From Zancudomyces culisetae HAW-14-8 (taxonomy: Eukaryota > Fungi > Kickxellomycota): 64,000 nt of DNA. Under the pieces are notes generated by a model. It ran no database searches, was not told where the DNA came from, and worked only from the letters and a program-made list of their open reading frames with translations. Where the stretch lies: positions 558,001-622,000 of the forward strand of contig JBNJNM010000013.1 in the NCBI GenBank assembly GCA_052426225.1. The letters are read 5' to 3'. This document shows positions 1-14,178 of this stretch, piece by piece. The first letter of the stretch is position 1. Every line of letters begins with the position of its first letter. Position numbers and translations under genes: made by a program.

Positions 1-365
1 CTCTAAAAAAGAGCATGATAAAGACATTTGCTACCCAAGATCCTAATGTAAAAATAAATGAGTGAGTTTTTGTATAAAAAAAAGATAAACGTAGGAGAAG
101 GATGTGGTATTTGAAGGGCAAGTTCCAGTGTTAACAATTTATAAAACGATATTTCGATTTACGATAAATTAAGCCAAAAAAAAGCACAGAATTCTAAAGA
201 CTTACCTCTGAGATTTACCCAACTAGAGTTCATATTAACTGTCTGTTCATTAAGATTAGGAGAGCTTGCGACTTTTTGGAAGATTGGGTTTCCCTTTTCG
301 CCAGGAATTTGATCGTGCGATTTTGCTGATCTTTGATAAGTTTGAACCATCTTGGCTTTTTTCAT
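1..365 (-). CDS. ORM1: ORMDL/Orm1-family sphingolipid homeostasis protein, 5' part (runs off the window start)
   Basis: Exon 365-206, intron 205-43 (GTAAGT...TAG), exon 42-1. Spliced peptide ...LNEQTVNMNSSWVNLRGSWVANVFIMLFFR matches the Orm N-terminal motif NMNxxWVxxxGxW. Confidence 0.8.
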
Positions 366-2194
366 TCAGAGTTTTATACCGCTTTATTCTTTTAAAAGAC
401 TCTAAGATTGGATTAGTATAAATATAGTATGGCAATACTGAACGAGGTATGAAAATGTAAAATCAATTCGGTCCTTTCTTTGTTTAACTAGCCTTATATA
501 GAAAACGAGTAATCGAAATGTTTGAGGACCTTTTTGTAATTTCCAGACTGTCATTGGCGTTTTAAAACTTTTTTTCTACCAATTCACGAGTGTTGTTTAT
601 GCAACAAGCCTGCCAATTTACATCAAAAATAAATAACATCCTTTTTTACGTAAATTTTGATAGAATTTTGGCCTACTGGGCAAAGCCCAATTTGTTCACA
701 CCGACCAATTTTATTTTGCGCAAAATAAATTGGTTACAGCAAATACCTATTCTTTTTTTTAGGGAAGGGAGAGGCGGAAAATACGGTGAAGGCACCATTT
801 ATTTAAATTTTATTTTCGTTTATATTTAGAATGAAAAACACTTTAACTTAACTGAACTGTATGCCTAAACACACATTTAACTCGCTGTGTAAGTATGGTC
901 TATTGGTAAATTGTGTTAAGAAAAAATAAACAGTATAAAAAAAGAATGTTTAAATTATTTTACTTTTATTTTAGCATTGAAAAACAAAGTAAAACAAGGC
1001 CAAGATCTTGAATAAAACGTTCAAACTAAGAATGTTGATGAAATGTACCTCCAGCTCAACCACAAACATTAGTTGCTTTAACTTGAAAAGTGGAAAGTGG
1101 AAGGTGCAAAGTGAAAATGAGAAACGAGAAATAGGAAACAGAGTGGGATATAAATTAAATAAGTTGATTGTTTGAGAGTTGTTGAACTTAAAGCAATCAA
1201 TATCGATCACAGACCTAAACTTGTATTAGCATCTGAGTTGCTTAAGTTGTAACAAAATATGATGATTACACTAGCATAAAGAATACTCCCACACAAAAAA
1301 AAAGGTCAACGGATTTGGGAATATGAACAAAATCAGAATATATTAGTAACGAGTTGTAAATTAATGTGCCAAAATTTACAGTTTTCAGCATGACCAGTAT
1401 TTACGTTGGGTTAACACATATGGTACCAGCATTTAGGCAGGATTTCCACAGCTTTACTAGATACTAGTTTGACCAATAACATTGAAAACTAGACAGAAAT
1501 ATGAGACGTTTAGAGCGTATGAGTGACAGATATATGCGTTTTTTCAAAAAAAATTGTGAAATATCAATACAAGAGTATCAAACAAGAACAAGTTTTGAAC
1601 AGATTTAAGCTATGATAGAGTATTAATGATATTTTAATAGCATTCTTAGTTCAACCTATTTGTACAAAACACTCAACGCGCGAATAATTGTTAGTCCTGA
1701 GTGGAGTATTGATACTAGGAAGATGAACCAAAATGGTACGAGATGGCATGTACATCAATGCGCGGAAATGTAAAAAACAATAAAACTTGTATAAAACCTC
1801 CATATTTGTACAATGCTACTGTTTTCTTCCAAATTCGGAGAATAGTGTACAAACATGAAAATTATCGAATACGCACTATATGTTGATTATTTGGGACAAT
1901 TGGATATTGAGTTTTTGGCAAGGTTTCAAATTACATAATCGCTATTTCTTAATAATAGTGCGGAGTTTTGATGCTTACTAAAGATCTCTAAAAAAATAAG
2001 AAAAGTAATAGCAAAATGAAAATTGGAAAATAGGATCTGGATCAACCTCAACTTTAACAACAAGTTTAACAACAACAAAAACAACATAGCGAGCAAACAA
2101 GAGATACAAAAATAAATTAATTCAAATACGTTTTTTTTGTAAATGTACAATAAATTCAACTATAAAAAATATTGATTACAGCAAATCAGAAGTA

Positions 2195-5100
2195 ATGAGG
2201 ATACTACAACTGAATTCCACATTGCAGTGGTCCTTTATCGGAAATGTATTATCGAACGCATTGGCTACGGGCGATGTTGATGAAGATGGTGTAGGTTTTT
2301 ACGGGGGCTTTTTTTACAGTGATTGAAACTAATTAATTTTTGGAATTTACAATTCCAAGTTGATTGTAAAGCATATAGATATATAGATATAACTTAATAT
2401 TATATAAGAGTTGCGTAAATTGATGGTAAAGTAAAAAAATATGTACTAATATGTGAATTTGTCACGAAAATAGTGCAATGAATTTGTAATTGGAAATACA
2501 TCAGGCGATATGGCGATCTTTAAGGGACGAGGGGGTAACGGAAGATGGGGAAAATGTAAAGAGCAAGTTAATAACGAACATGATTGTTGGAGCGAGGTAG
2601 AAAACAGGGGATTATCGAGGGAGGATAAGAATCGCGAGAATGAGAGAATAAAACCGACACGAGGCAAAAGGGATACATGGGAAGCTACTTTAGAGGCAGA
2701 ACGAGAATCTAGACTGCCATGGGCAGTGGCACACAATCTTGGGACCATTTCGACCATAGCTATTGGGGACGTTTTGAACACAGGAAAAACAGTTATAGTG
2801 GTTGTTAATGGGGAGGGTAAGATGTATTTGTTTCAGTACCCATTTCAGCCGGATATTAAAGCAGCCGAACTACAACGAAGGTGTAGACAACGAACACACC
2901 AAAACAAAGATATAGTCAAAGGTATGGTTTTTATATATGGTAGCTAAAGTATGTTATAGTAGTCAGAATAGAATTATGAACTTCAAATATGAATATATAA
3001 CTGTAACTCGTTAGAACACGAAAAGAATGATGATGTGCAAAGTAAGGTGTTTAAACCGATTGAGCTTAAAAAGACGTATAGAGTGTTTGGAGCCGATGAT
3101 GAAAGAAAGAGTAGTAGAGGTAAGAGAAATGAAAAGTTCTCGACGTTCAGGGACAGTAGAAGAGAAGACGTAGATGGTGCTCATATGGAAAAATCAAAGA
3201 GGTCTTATATGGAGTCAAATGAAATGAAGGCATATGAAAAATATGATGAAGAATTGGCGAGAAGGGCCAATACTGTTGACGATAAAAGTGGACTCGATGG
3301 GATACCGACATCTAGGGATACGCAAAGAAAGGGGAGAAAGGTAAAAGCTAGATGGACACCATTGATTATTGAACAGCCTGATGCGACATTGGATGTTCCT
3401 ATAAATGTTGAGGAAGCGATTATTGGAAAATATGATGAGAAGCGAGGAAATAGTATAATTTTAAGTACATCTGACGGGTTTGTACATGTGTACGAATTGG
3501 AGGCAAGTAAAGGTAGTATTGAGGGAGTAAAGATGGTATCAAAGAGTAATGTCAAGGGGAAAAGCGAGCATAAAAAAAGGAACAAGAAGCACCAAGATGA
3601 TTTCAAGGGGTATAAATTCGGAGGAGACGATGTAGAACCTAAAGTTGGTGGCAAGAGCGATGAACAGAGTGGTGAAAGGAAGGAAGGGGTGAAGGAGGAG
3701 GGTGAGAAGAATGAGGTGCAGCATTTTTTGACGTCACGACAGAAAAAAAGGGAAAGAGGGGTGAGAAAACGAGCGATATCATTGACAAATGGCGAAAAGG
3801 GTAAGCATGATCTATTGTTAGTTTGAACTAAAATAAAAGTTTGGGGAGGGAGTATACAAATTTACTGTTAATTTTTATATTATTCAAAGCCAAGGATTTA
3901 TCAAATGAAATTGTGAATGTTAATAGAAAAGGGATTGATGAAATGGTATACTTTTCGAGGAAAGAGTTATGGAAAACCAATATCAGAGAGTTTTAAATAC
4001 AATGTGAATGTGAGAATTACAAATCCAAATGCGGGCGATAAAAATAGTATGAACACTGGAAAGGAAAATGTGGAGCTGCCACCCAGGGCTGTGATGGCTT
4101 TTAATGGGGGTAAGAGCTTTGGATCCATGGTAGATGTTACAAAACGCCTCGAGAGGTATAGTAACAAGGGTATACTCTCAAACGAGGAAGAGGAGGCAAA
4201 GAATCGAAAGACATCAATGGGATATGAAATGCTAGGGGCTTTGAGCAACAGCCAGCTTTTTAGGTGGGTTTATACAGCACCACCTTCGCTGGCAAATACT
4301 AGAAATAACAGCAAAACACATTCAAGGCAGGTTAGCATGAATAGCGGTGTTAACATAAAGGAGAATTATCAACCGGAATCAGTATTGATCAACCAAACTG
4401 TGCGAGAAGAAGAAAAAGGGCCTAACACTTCGATTCAAGAGGGAAAGCAACTGGATACTAAAGAGGACAGCCGAGAGACTGAGGGCAGGCATTCGAGGAG
4501 GTCAAAATCGAGTGTGAGCGAGATAATGACAAAACTCATTGCTAATAAGGAGATAGGGCGCCTCAAAGGTATTCAAAACGCCTATACTGAAAAGGAAGGA
4601 ACTGAAAAAGGAAAAGACGTAGAATTGAAAACCATGATTCTCAAAGATGAACAGGGAAGATTGAGTGGGTTTATACCAGCACCTGGTGCATCCCAGCAGG
4701 TGGAAAGTGCAAGGTATGTTATTTCTAGTACTTTGAATCCAAAAGCTGATGGGAATTTGGGGCATAAAGATAATCGGAATGCTGAGCTAGCGTATGGATA
4801 TCGGCGTGATAACGCAACTGAACCTAGAGAAACACCGGATATTAGAGATATGAGGGGAGTGACAAGTGGTAACAACTATGGTGGTAAGCTTGATATTCAA
4901 CGTCTTCAGTCACAACAACTGTCACCTTCACCACTGTATGCGCTAAAGACATCATCAAGTGATTCTGACGCCAACTACACGCATGCTTATGAAGATAGAG
5001 ATGCACCAGCAAAAAAAAAAGAGGTGAATAAGCAAGAGTATAAACATTCATTTCTAAGAGCGAAGGACGATGAAGGGTATGGATTGAAAGATAAAGTGCG

Positions 5101-8014
5101 AGGCAGGAGGGGTTTAGATATTGGTGAAAGTAGTGCTTACAGCGGTGAAGTTGGCAGGTATACGAGTGGCCATAGCCACATCTATTTGTCGGCTGGAAAC
5201 AGGAGTCAAAGTAAAAGTAAAAGCAGACGGCTGGAAACATCGGAATCAGAAAATTCAGATATGAACAATGTGTACCGAGTTCAACGAAAACAAAGAAGCA
5301 GAGAAGGGAGATCAATTGGCAGTAGATCCAGCAGGAAAATAGAAGGAAAAGAGCGTAAAAAGAGTCAGAGTGTCGTTGGCGGGATTAGAAAGAACGGACA
5401 AGATAAATTTCGCGTCAAATATGTGAAAAACTGGTTTATAAATGATTTTGTGGGAAATCTAACGTTTACCAAAGCGTATCCGGACTCGTTTGATCAAAAA
5501 GTAAAGCATGAAGAAAGTAAAGTTGACGATAACGAGAAAAGTGAAAATGAGCCCAAGAAAGAAGCCAAGCTGATGGACTATTTAATTGTAACTAAGCCAG
5601 GTGCTAAATTTGTATCAATAAGTAGCGATACGGTTGAGATTTTGAGCAGTACAACTGGTGGTGAAAATAAAGCAACCAAGAAAGACGTGGATAGAAATAG
5701 CAGTGTTGGTACAAGGCGATTTGCTAAACAAGCAAGTGAAATGGGCAGGGCGGATGACGATAAAGAAGGTAAGGAGTCCACTGTACCAGGTACGAGAACG
5801 GAAAAGGGAGAAACGGATACTCAAAATGAAGATGCATTAAGCCGGAAAAAAATCAGTGTTTTGTCTAACCCAAAGTTTAGCAAGCTGAAAAGCGATGCGA
5901 ATACAGCGTTATCGCTTGAAAACGTGGTTGCAAACTTTGGTTCTTTGGAAAAGACCAGAAAACTTTTGGTTGGTGAAACAGCTGACAAATCGTCAAATCA
6001 TCAACCTACAGTCTCCAGTTTGGCTACAAGTGAATGGGGTGGTGTCAGTAAGAATGGTAGTGAGGAACAAAGTAGTGAAAGATCTGATCTTAGAGATACC
6101 CATCATTCAGCTATTGGTTTGCTCAGATCTAAACTTGGAAACATTCCGGGAGCATTTTACGATTTAAAAGAGGATGGTTCTGAAAATCAAGGTTGTGCAT
6201 TGACAGCATCAGATATCCTGGAAGAAATCATGTCATACGCGATAGGAAACATAAAAATTGGCGGACATGATGTTCCCTGGCTGATTAGTGTCACCATGGA
6301 TGGTTCGATATCATGCTATGATATGGTGAGTAAGTCGGTACACACTGTTAGCATTCCAGTGTTGGATCCCATTTTGGGTGTTTGGGCCATCAAGTTTCCC
6401 TCAGGCGCACATTGGAGAAAATCACCACTATACGACTCAATAGAGCGTTTTGAAGAAACCAGTTATCACAATCGAGTGCTACAGGATACGCAGGCAGGCA
6501 GTCGTTACAGTGACATTTACCCCAAATTAATCAAGAATTTATCACATAACTACCTGGTGTTTTGTACGTGGAGGGGAACTACCCTCTTTGTCAACACAGA
6601 AAAACTGTTGCTTAGTAGTAACAATCAACCCAAACCACCAAAAACGCTTCTAGAACGTGCTGCTCAGCTTGAATCTGATGACGCAACCAAAAACGATGAG
6701 CGTGACACACGGTTGACTCTTGATTCGTTTATTAGGTTTAAATTCCAAGAGTCTGTTAGCGCATTCCTGGCGGCTCCGTATGCGCCAGTGCTTGGAGGGC
6801 CCAATGTTCCGTGTCTTTTCTATGTTGATTTCAAACATAGAGTTTGGGTGCATTATCAACTAGACGAAATTCCTGCTCTGGATTTATCTTATGAAAAGAG
6901 CACCAGCAATGCCTATGATTCACGGTTAATTTCTGAAAGGAGAAAATGGAGACTCAGAAACATCAGATTCCACAGATATCGGTTTGTTTATAATAACTAT
7001 ACCAAGCATCTCAATGCTTCTAATTTTATTGCAACCCAATTGGATGATAAGGCTGTCAAGAATATAGATAAAAATGAAACAGCAAAAACATCGGCACCTG
7101 AGACAATGGGTGACGACTTGTTAATGGCCACAGGCTTTCAGTCAAAATTCATAAGATCTAAACATTATGCCGCATTTAACATCAAGAATCGATCCCCAAA
7201 TACCAACAAACGGAGCTGTTTAAAACAACCTATTAAGAACTCATCACATAGAGCCAAAAACACTGATAAATCCCCTACACCTATCAAGACTTTCTGCACA
7301 ACATTGAAAAATAGTACCACGTTAATGTCATCTCTTTCAGTAGACAAATTTTTCAGCTTTGATGAGACAGGCGATGGCTCGGGTGAAGAGGATTTCATCA
7401 AGAGTCTTCAAAAAGAACACGCCAAACGATCTGTCTTTATCAACACCGTTCCACCTGTAAAGCAGAGTCAACCGGAAACAGTGAAAAGCACAAACGGCTT
7501 TGATCACAATCACAGGATGGATCAGTGTTCCAAGAATTTGCTATTTATCCCACCGCCTCTTAAAACCATACTTAAAGACAAGGATAGATATAGAGAAGAA
7601 AGCGTTTCAGGTTCAGATAGCTTTTTTGAGTCTGACACTGGTGCCGTTGTACCTCCATATTCCGAGACGCCCCTTACTATACATTCGGCGACTTCAAACA
7701 GTACAACCGCATTCGAGAGCGATGATATCGGGATTCAAAACTTTATTGAGTTTATCAAGGATGATCTCGATTTGTTGTTGGCATCATTTAAAACGACATG
7801 TTATATGCCCTCATTGATTTCTGGCGGGTTGCGCGACCGCTTATCTTCTTCGTGTGCAGATGGTGATGGTGAAGGTTGTGGGCTCAACAAAGACATAAAG
7901 AACAATCAAAAGCTGAAAAAGCTGGTTACTTTGGCTAAAAACCACAAAATCAATCCCAATCCTCAAAACACACTTGCTTTAGCCAAGTTTATTAGTTCTG
8001 TGCTATATTTGTGA
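2195..8014 (+). CDS. ITFG2: ITFG2-like KICSTOR complex subunit (FG-GAP beta-propeller), about 1805 aa with large low-complexity insertions; 4 exons
   Basis: Exons 2195-2290, 2474-2921, 3015-3800, 3927-8014, all phase-compatible GT-AG. N-terminal ALATGDVDEDGCNEFVIGNTSGDMAIFK and IAIGDVLNTGKTVIVVVNGEG, and C-terminal FCTWRGTT and RFKFQESVSAFLAAPYA..NVPCLFYVDFKHRVWVH, match ITFG2 motifs as I recall them. Confidence 0.8.
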
Positions 8015-11000
8015 TACATTTTGGCAGTCTATAACAGTTTTTATCATGATTGTAATGAACTGACTCACTTGTATTTGCTAAGCACTAAACTATTCAATTA
8101 GCAAATTTATTGTTTACATGCTCTTTTTGTTCCGGAATAATAACAAAGAGGTGGAGTTAAGTGAAGTGGAGATGGAGGCTGGGAGAAGTGGGAATGAAAA
8201 TGAAGAAAGGCGGAAAGGTGGTGGGGTCGGGAGATACTTGTGTTCAGGTGGCTAAGATTTGGGATTTTAATCAAACTAGGAATATTAGCTTGTAAATCCT
8301 TTCTCTTTTTTATTTATTATTTATTCCATGACATCATCAAGTAAATTAGGTAATGTGTTAAAATAATTAGCTAAGAAGGAACATGTTGAAGTGTAAACTG
8401 ATGGGTGACAACACCAAGATCTACAAAAAGGAAAACCTATGACCAATGTGTTCGAGTTTACCTTGTGCGACTATTGAGTCCTTTCCATTATTTTTTGTTT
8501 ATTTCCTTTCTTGCGAAATGAGACTTGGATGAGAAGGTGGGGGGGGGGGGGAAGAAGAGGTTAGGAGAGGAAATATAACTGAGTTTTTTGCAGGCTAAAT
8601 CTGGTGTAAAAAATAAAAAGAATATTGAGGCTGAAAAGTTACTTTGAATAAAATAATGCTGGAAGTTGTAAAACGATATTTGTATACGCAAAGCTATAGT
8701 TAATGCCACCAACTCTTGTTGTTCTTTCTAAAGTACTCTGTCCCTAGTACTGTACTTCCTAGGAGTAGGTAAGGGAGGAGTAGGAAGGGGAATAGGAGCT
8801 TTTAGCTATGTTTTTGACTTTTAGATATGAGGGCATTAACAGCGCGTCTCAAGCAAAAACGAAAAGTAAACAAGAGTGTAAAGTAAACTAATATTTGTGG
8901 ACGGAAATAAGGGAGGGCGGAAGAGGGTGAGGCAGATGTACTTAGTGTTGTTGATTTTGTAACTAGCCACATTTAGAGTAATTATGTACAGTGCAACATA
9001 ACAATTATGGCCATTTAATACAAATCCAACTATTAAATGAAAATCTGCAAAACAACAGCATTTGTAAATCTTGGTTGTTTTTTATAGCCGAGAAGCAGAG
9101 GTAACAATCCCATCATTTTATTTCAAGGTTAAAATTGACTTGGTTATAGATTAAATTGAACAAATCTGGACTTAATTAAAATATATCATCACATTCCAAC
9201 TAATAGCTGTTGAAAGAATGCACGGAAGAGTGGATAGGGAAGGGTCTGTAAAAACCGGGTGTCTTCATACGGGAACGGCACAAGCTTTTATGTTCCGTTT
9301 CATTTTCACGTTTGAGTACATGTGTTTTTGGGCTGATATTCCAGTGTTAACTTGGGAAGACAAAGTAAATATATGGGAAACGCCTTTATCTCTTTTCTCT
9401 TTTGTCTTCCCGACAATTTTTGGAGAATATGGCTTTTATGTTTATCAAACACTATCATTTATTCGTTTATTTACTTTGCTCTATCTTTAGTCTGCTTTAA
9501 TGGAGGTGGAGAGGCTGTTTAAGTTCCATATTATATTGTTTTTTTTTTCTGGGTAAACAAGCATTCTTCCTGATTCAACACATATTTGCTGGGTTGTTGG
9601 GTTTGTTGACCCAGATAACGTTATATCACCGATTTTTTCTACCATTAGGATATTTGATTGTAAGGTTTTTGTTTGTTTTTCTTTATACAATAAACCTGAT
9701 TTCTAATCGGAGAATCCCTATCTCTTTTCTCTCCCATCTGTCACACTTTCCCTCCATCCCCACCCTTGTTTCTCACCACTCCATCCCAGTAAAAAAACAA
9801 AAACAAAAACAAAAACAAAAACAAAAAAGAATTGTACTAAATGATTTAGACTAGATCTCGTTTTTTCTCATACTATATTTCACTTTTCCTCCTACTCTCC
9901 CAATCCTTTTCATTTCCACAAGAAAAGGTCACAAAAATTATTAATTCCTGGGAACTATGTACAATATAAAAAATAAAAAAATGTATATGTGTATGTGTAT
10001 ATCAAAAATTAAAAAAAAAGAACGGGTTCGAAAATATTGTTGATGTTTTTACTAAATGTCACCAGCTTTTCTTTTAATTGTTATTTATTCTTGGTTTAGT
10101 GAAAAGACGAGAAATGGAGTGAAGTTGAAAAAGAAATTAGCAGGTGATTGGGTTGGGTGGGACAAGGGGATAAGAGGACAAGAGAGAGAATGAAGGAGAC
10201 GAGAAGGAAATAGAGGAATATGCTATTTATGGATAGGTTTTCTATTTATGTTTTGGCATGATTGAGATTATCTGAAAATCTTAGTACCCAATAATATGCA
10301 AAACGACACAAAAAAAAAAGTGTGTTTATTAATAAAACAAATGTAGAACACTTGCAAAAAAAACGAACCAGACTAGTAATATATTGCATTATGTTTGAGT
10401 TGATTCGAAAAAAATAAAACGTGCACAATAGGTCTTGTAGAAGAAAAGAAAAAGAAAAGAAAGAAAAAGGTGAAAGTGAAGGTAAATGAAAATGAAAATG
10501 TAAAGGTAGCTTGGTACTCGATTCCTTGGAAAAACTAAATGTCTTAATTCCATTCAAGGTTCAATTTAATGTTCCTCTTTTATCAAACTTTTATTTCTCT
10601 GCCAGGGACAAAAAGAGGTAGGTTCTAAAATTTAAAAATTAAATTAGTTTTTAATTTATATTAAATATCAAATGCATTATTTTTAATTAATGAACAATGG
10701 GATTTTCAATGAGGATTTGTCAGTTTCTAGTAATTGCAATAAGAAAGATTTCAATTGCAAACTCTACCACCCTCTCCCTCCTATTAGAGTCCATAACATT
10801 ATCATTATTTAAGCCTACTTTGGCATTACAATTTAGAATTCATTTTCTGCTATATTAATCAGAAGTGACTAATATCGGGATGGTACCCATTCATTTTGCT
10901 ACATTATTTATTCCACGTATTCATATATTTACAACAAAGTCAAAATAATAAAAACATAACTTGAGATTGATCCTACCAAAATTGGGCCCTAGTAAAACTG

Positions 11001-12490
11001 AGCTGGGGTGGCCTGGGGTGACTGGATGAGATGACTGGGTGGGGTGACTGGGTGGGATGAATGGGTGAGCTGATTGACTGGCTGTTTTATTATTTGGATG
11101 GGTTAGTGGAAATATCTTTTACAAAATTTGTCACGTGTAGTCTGCTCTTTTGTTGGGTCTAGCTTCCTCCTTTTTTACCTTGAGTGACCCAGGTTACAAT
11201 TAACGAGATAAATGAAAAAGTGGGAAAAAAAAAGGTGGAAAACACACCTGTAAAGATCTAGACCGTTTTTTTTGTAATAAAAAAAAAGAACATCAGCAAT
11301 TAAACTAATGTTGCTTAAACCACATAATAAAGAAACGAAGTGCTCCAGGTTAATAATTGGGCATGAACAATAAGACTTTAAGTAAAGAATATCTTTGTAT
11401 ATAGTAACAAATATTTGTTTAATATTGAAGACTAACTTTGGCCTTACCCCCCCCCTCTCCCCCTTCTCCCCTCTTTCCCCATCTCCACTTGTTTTTTGCT
11501 TTTTTTTTTCTTTCTCTTGGCATTTCTTTGGTAAAAAATTACAAAGCTCTTTGGAGAAATAAAAAGTCTAGAAAAACAAACAGCCATCATTAAACAGTAT
11601 AAATTTTGTTCAATGTTTAGAGCAAGAACATTGGTATAACACAAGTATCATGTGAAAAAGAAAATCGCAAAAAAAAGGTATGGAAAAAAAAGACCTGGAA
11701 CATATGACAGCATTTTCTTTAATGAAAAAGATGTATTAAATTACCGAGTACATCACTAAAATATCTAGAGAAATACTAGAATCCAAAGATTCACAAAATA
11801 AGCTAAATTGGAGGAGGAAAAGAAGGAAAAGGAGGAGTAGAAAGGTGAGGGGAGGGGGGGTGAAGAGGAGGCAGGTAGGGAAGATGGTGGGAGATTTATG
11901 CCGGTTTCAAAGAAATATGTACAATGGGACTTCAGAAAAGAAAAAATAATAGCTAAAGCGTGATATTCATTTGATTGTTTTGAAAAGGGGCATTAAAATT
12001 ACATCACGAATTAGTCTCTTGATCTATTTTTAATATACAATCTGGAAAGCAACCTAAAGCAGATGAAAATATACAAGCGAATAATAACAAAAGAAAAATT
12101 AGTTTTATTTACATTATTTACCTTTCAGTACATGTAAATTTAATAATAAAAAAAACAGTAGAAAAGTTCACACCAAAATAGATTATATTCTTATTATTTA
12201 AGGATTGTTGCTCTTTTTATTTTATATTGTGGGTTGAATGGAGTAGTAATACCATTTTATTCAATTTATTATTGAAAACAAGTGTCTGGGTAATTTTTGG
12301 AATACCACGCAAGCTTTTGTATTTTATTTTATTTTATTTTATTTCATTTTTGATATTCTCTGTAATATTAATATTTTTATTATTTTAGAGTTCAGGAGAA
12401 TTACTGGGTAAAAAAAATCAAATAAGCGAGTTTATTTTAATATGATAATAACAGTAATAAATACAAATGCATGACCAACGCTAAAGCATA

Positions 12491-12585
12491 CAGTACAGCG
12501 TAACGCAACGCAACGCAACACAACGCAGTACAATACAATAAAATAAAATAAAATATAACACAATGCAATGCAATAAAATAGAATA
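12491..12585. repeat. Degenerate pentanucleotide microsatellite (CAACG/CAATA/AAATA/CAATG)
   Basis: About 19 consecutive 5-mers in register, most differing from the neighbouring unit by 0-1 base. Confidence 0.75.
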
Positions 12586-14178
12586 AAAAACAAAATTTGG
12601 GCCACCAGCGTGTGAATAATAGGAACATGATTAAATTTATCAAGTGGTTTTCCGACATCTATAGACAAAGATACAATTTGCAAGAAAAAAAAGGAGGGGG
12701 ATGATAGGGAGACAGGGAGACAGGGAGGCAGGGAGAGAGGATCTATTTGAGAGGTCTAGTTTCGGGCTATCATTATTCAAAGTGGTTTTGTTGAGAGTTT
12801 TTTAAATGTAGAGAAAATATTAATTTCTAGTAACACAAAAATTAATGCCATCATCAAGCGAATAATTGAAAAATCTGCAGCAATATTTGAATTTAAGTGT
12901 AATTATTTTTCTCGCCCATTCAGACTAAAACTATTTATATTAAAACATAATCCCTAGGCTTAAAGTGCCACATTGGATGGAGAAAAAAAAAAGTAATGTA
13001 GCTCTTTTTTTTTATTTTCGAATAAAAAAATTTTTAAATTTTTTGGATAATTGCAGAAATGAAATTCAAAAAAATTAAAATAATAATAATAATAATTTAA
13101 AAAATAATATTATGGAATAAAAAGACTCAAATTAATGAACTTGGTGTCAGCCTAAATATAAAATAAAATAGATAAAATAAAATAAAATAAACTTGAAAAG
13201 AAAAAAAAAGAAAAAAAAGAATAAAATAAGCACCCACAAAAACAATTGGAATGAAACGATAGTTAATAATTGTTTTTATTTTTCAGTTTCTTTTTACTTT
13301 TTCACAATTACTAATACAAGATTTTATTTTGTAACATACATCACGAGAGTACAAGTACTTCAAAAGGTGAAAAAAGTAATATATACAGTATTTTTTCTTT
13401 TTTTTTTTTGTTTTTCAGAAAAAGAAAAAAAACTACTAGATATTACCAAAATATATATAGATAGTAATAATAGGAATTTAGAATGTTTTAATTTCGAAAT
13501 TGTATTTTAAGAGTAAATTAAAAGTGCGGCAATTGAAAAAACATTTCTCCAAAACTAACAATTCTTGTATTAAAAAAAAGAAGAAAAAAGCAAGCGAGAG
13601 AAAAAAAACAGCAACTAGCAAGAATAAAAGACGAAGAAGGAATTGTTTTTTTTTAAAGAAAGCAACAACAATAAGAAAAGGGTGAAAACGGAATACAAAG
13701 TTAATAGTATAAACTTGAAGATTACCAATACCGACGCTGCGAATATTTTAATTGTATAGATAACTCAGAATACCGAAATATAAGATTAAAGCAACAAAGC
13801 AAAAGTAGGCAAACGGACAAAGAATACTAACAACGAGAATTAGGCGATTAAATTAAAAGAGAAAAAGAAGAAGAGTTGCAAACAAGATTTAGTTGAGGAA
13901 TTAGAAAAATACCAACAAAAGAAAGGAGTAAATAAATAAATAAAAGGGTCAAGAAATACAATTGCGATTTAAAGCAAACTAATTCTGTAATATTTAAACT
14001 TGTACTTGGAATATTTATGCAAGTAGACTCAGCGATATAAAGAGATTAAGAACGAACACTTTGAAATAGAAATAGGAAAAGAAAAGAGAGCGAGTAGATT
14101 CTTGAATAGCTGAGGCAATAATTTAAAAAACAAGAATAAAAATACAGAATAAATAAATAAATAGATAAGGAAAAAAGA

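Noticed and set aside
1670-1770. CGCG-containing motifs as MCB/E2F cell-cycle elements (also ~40398)
   Set aside because: Single short matches without clustering or comparative support.
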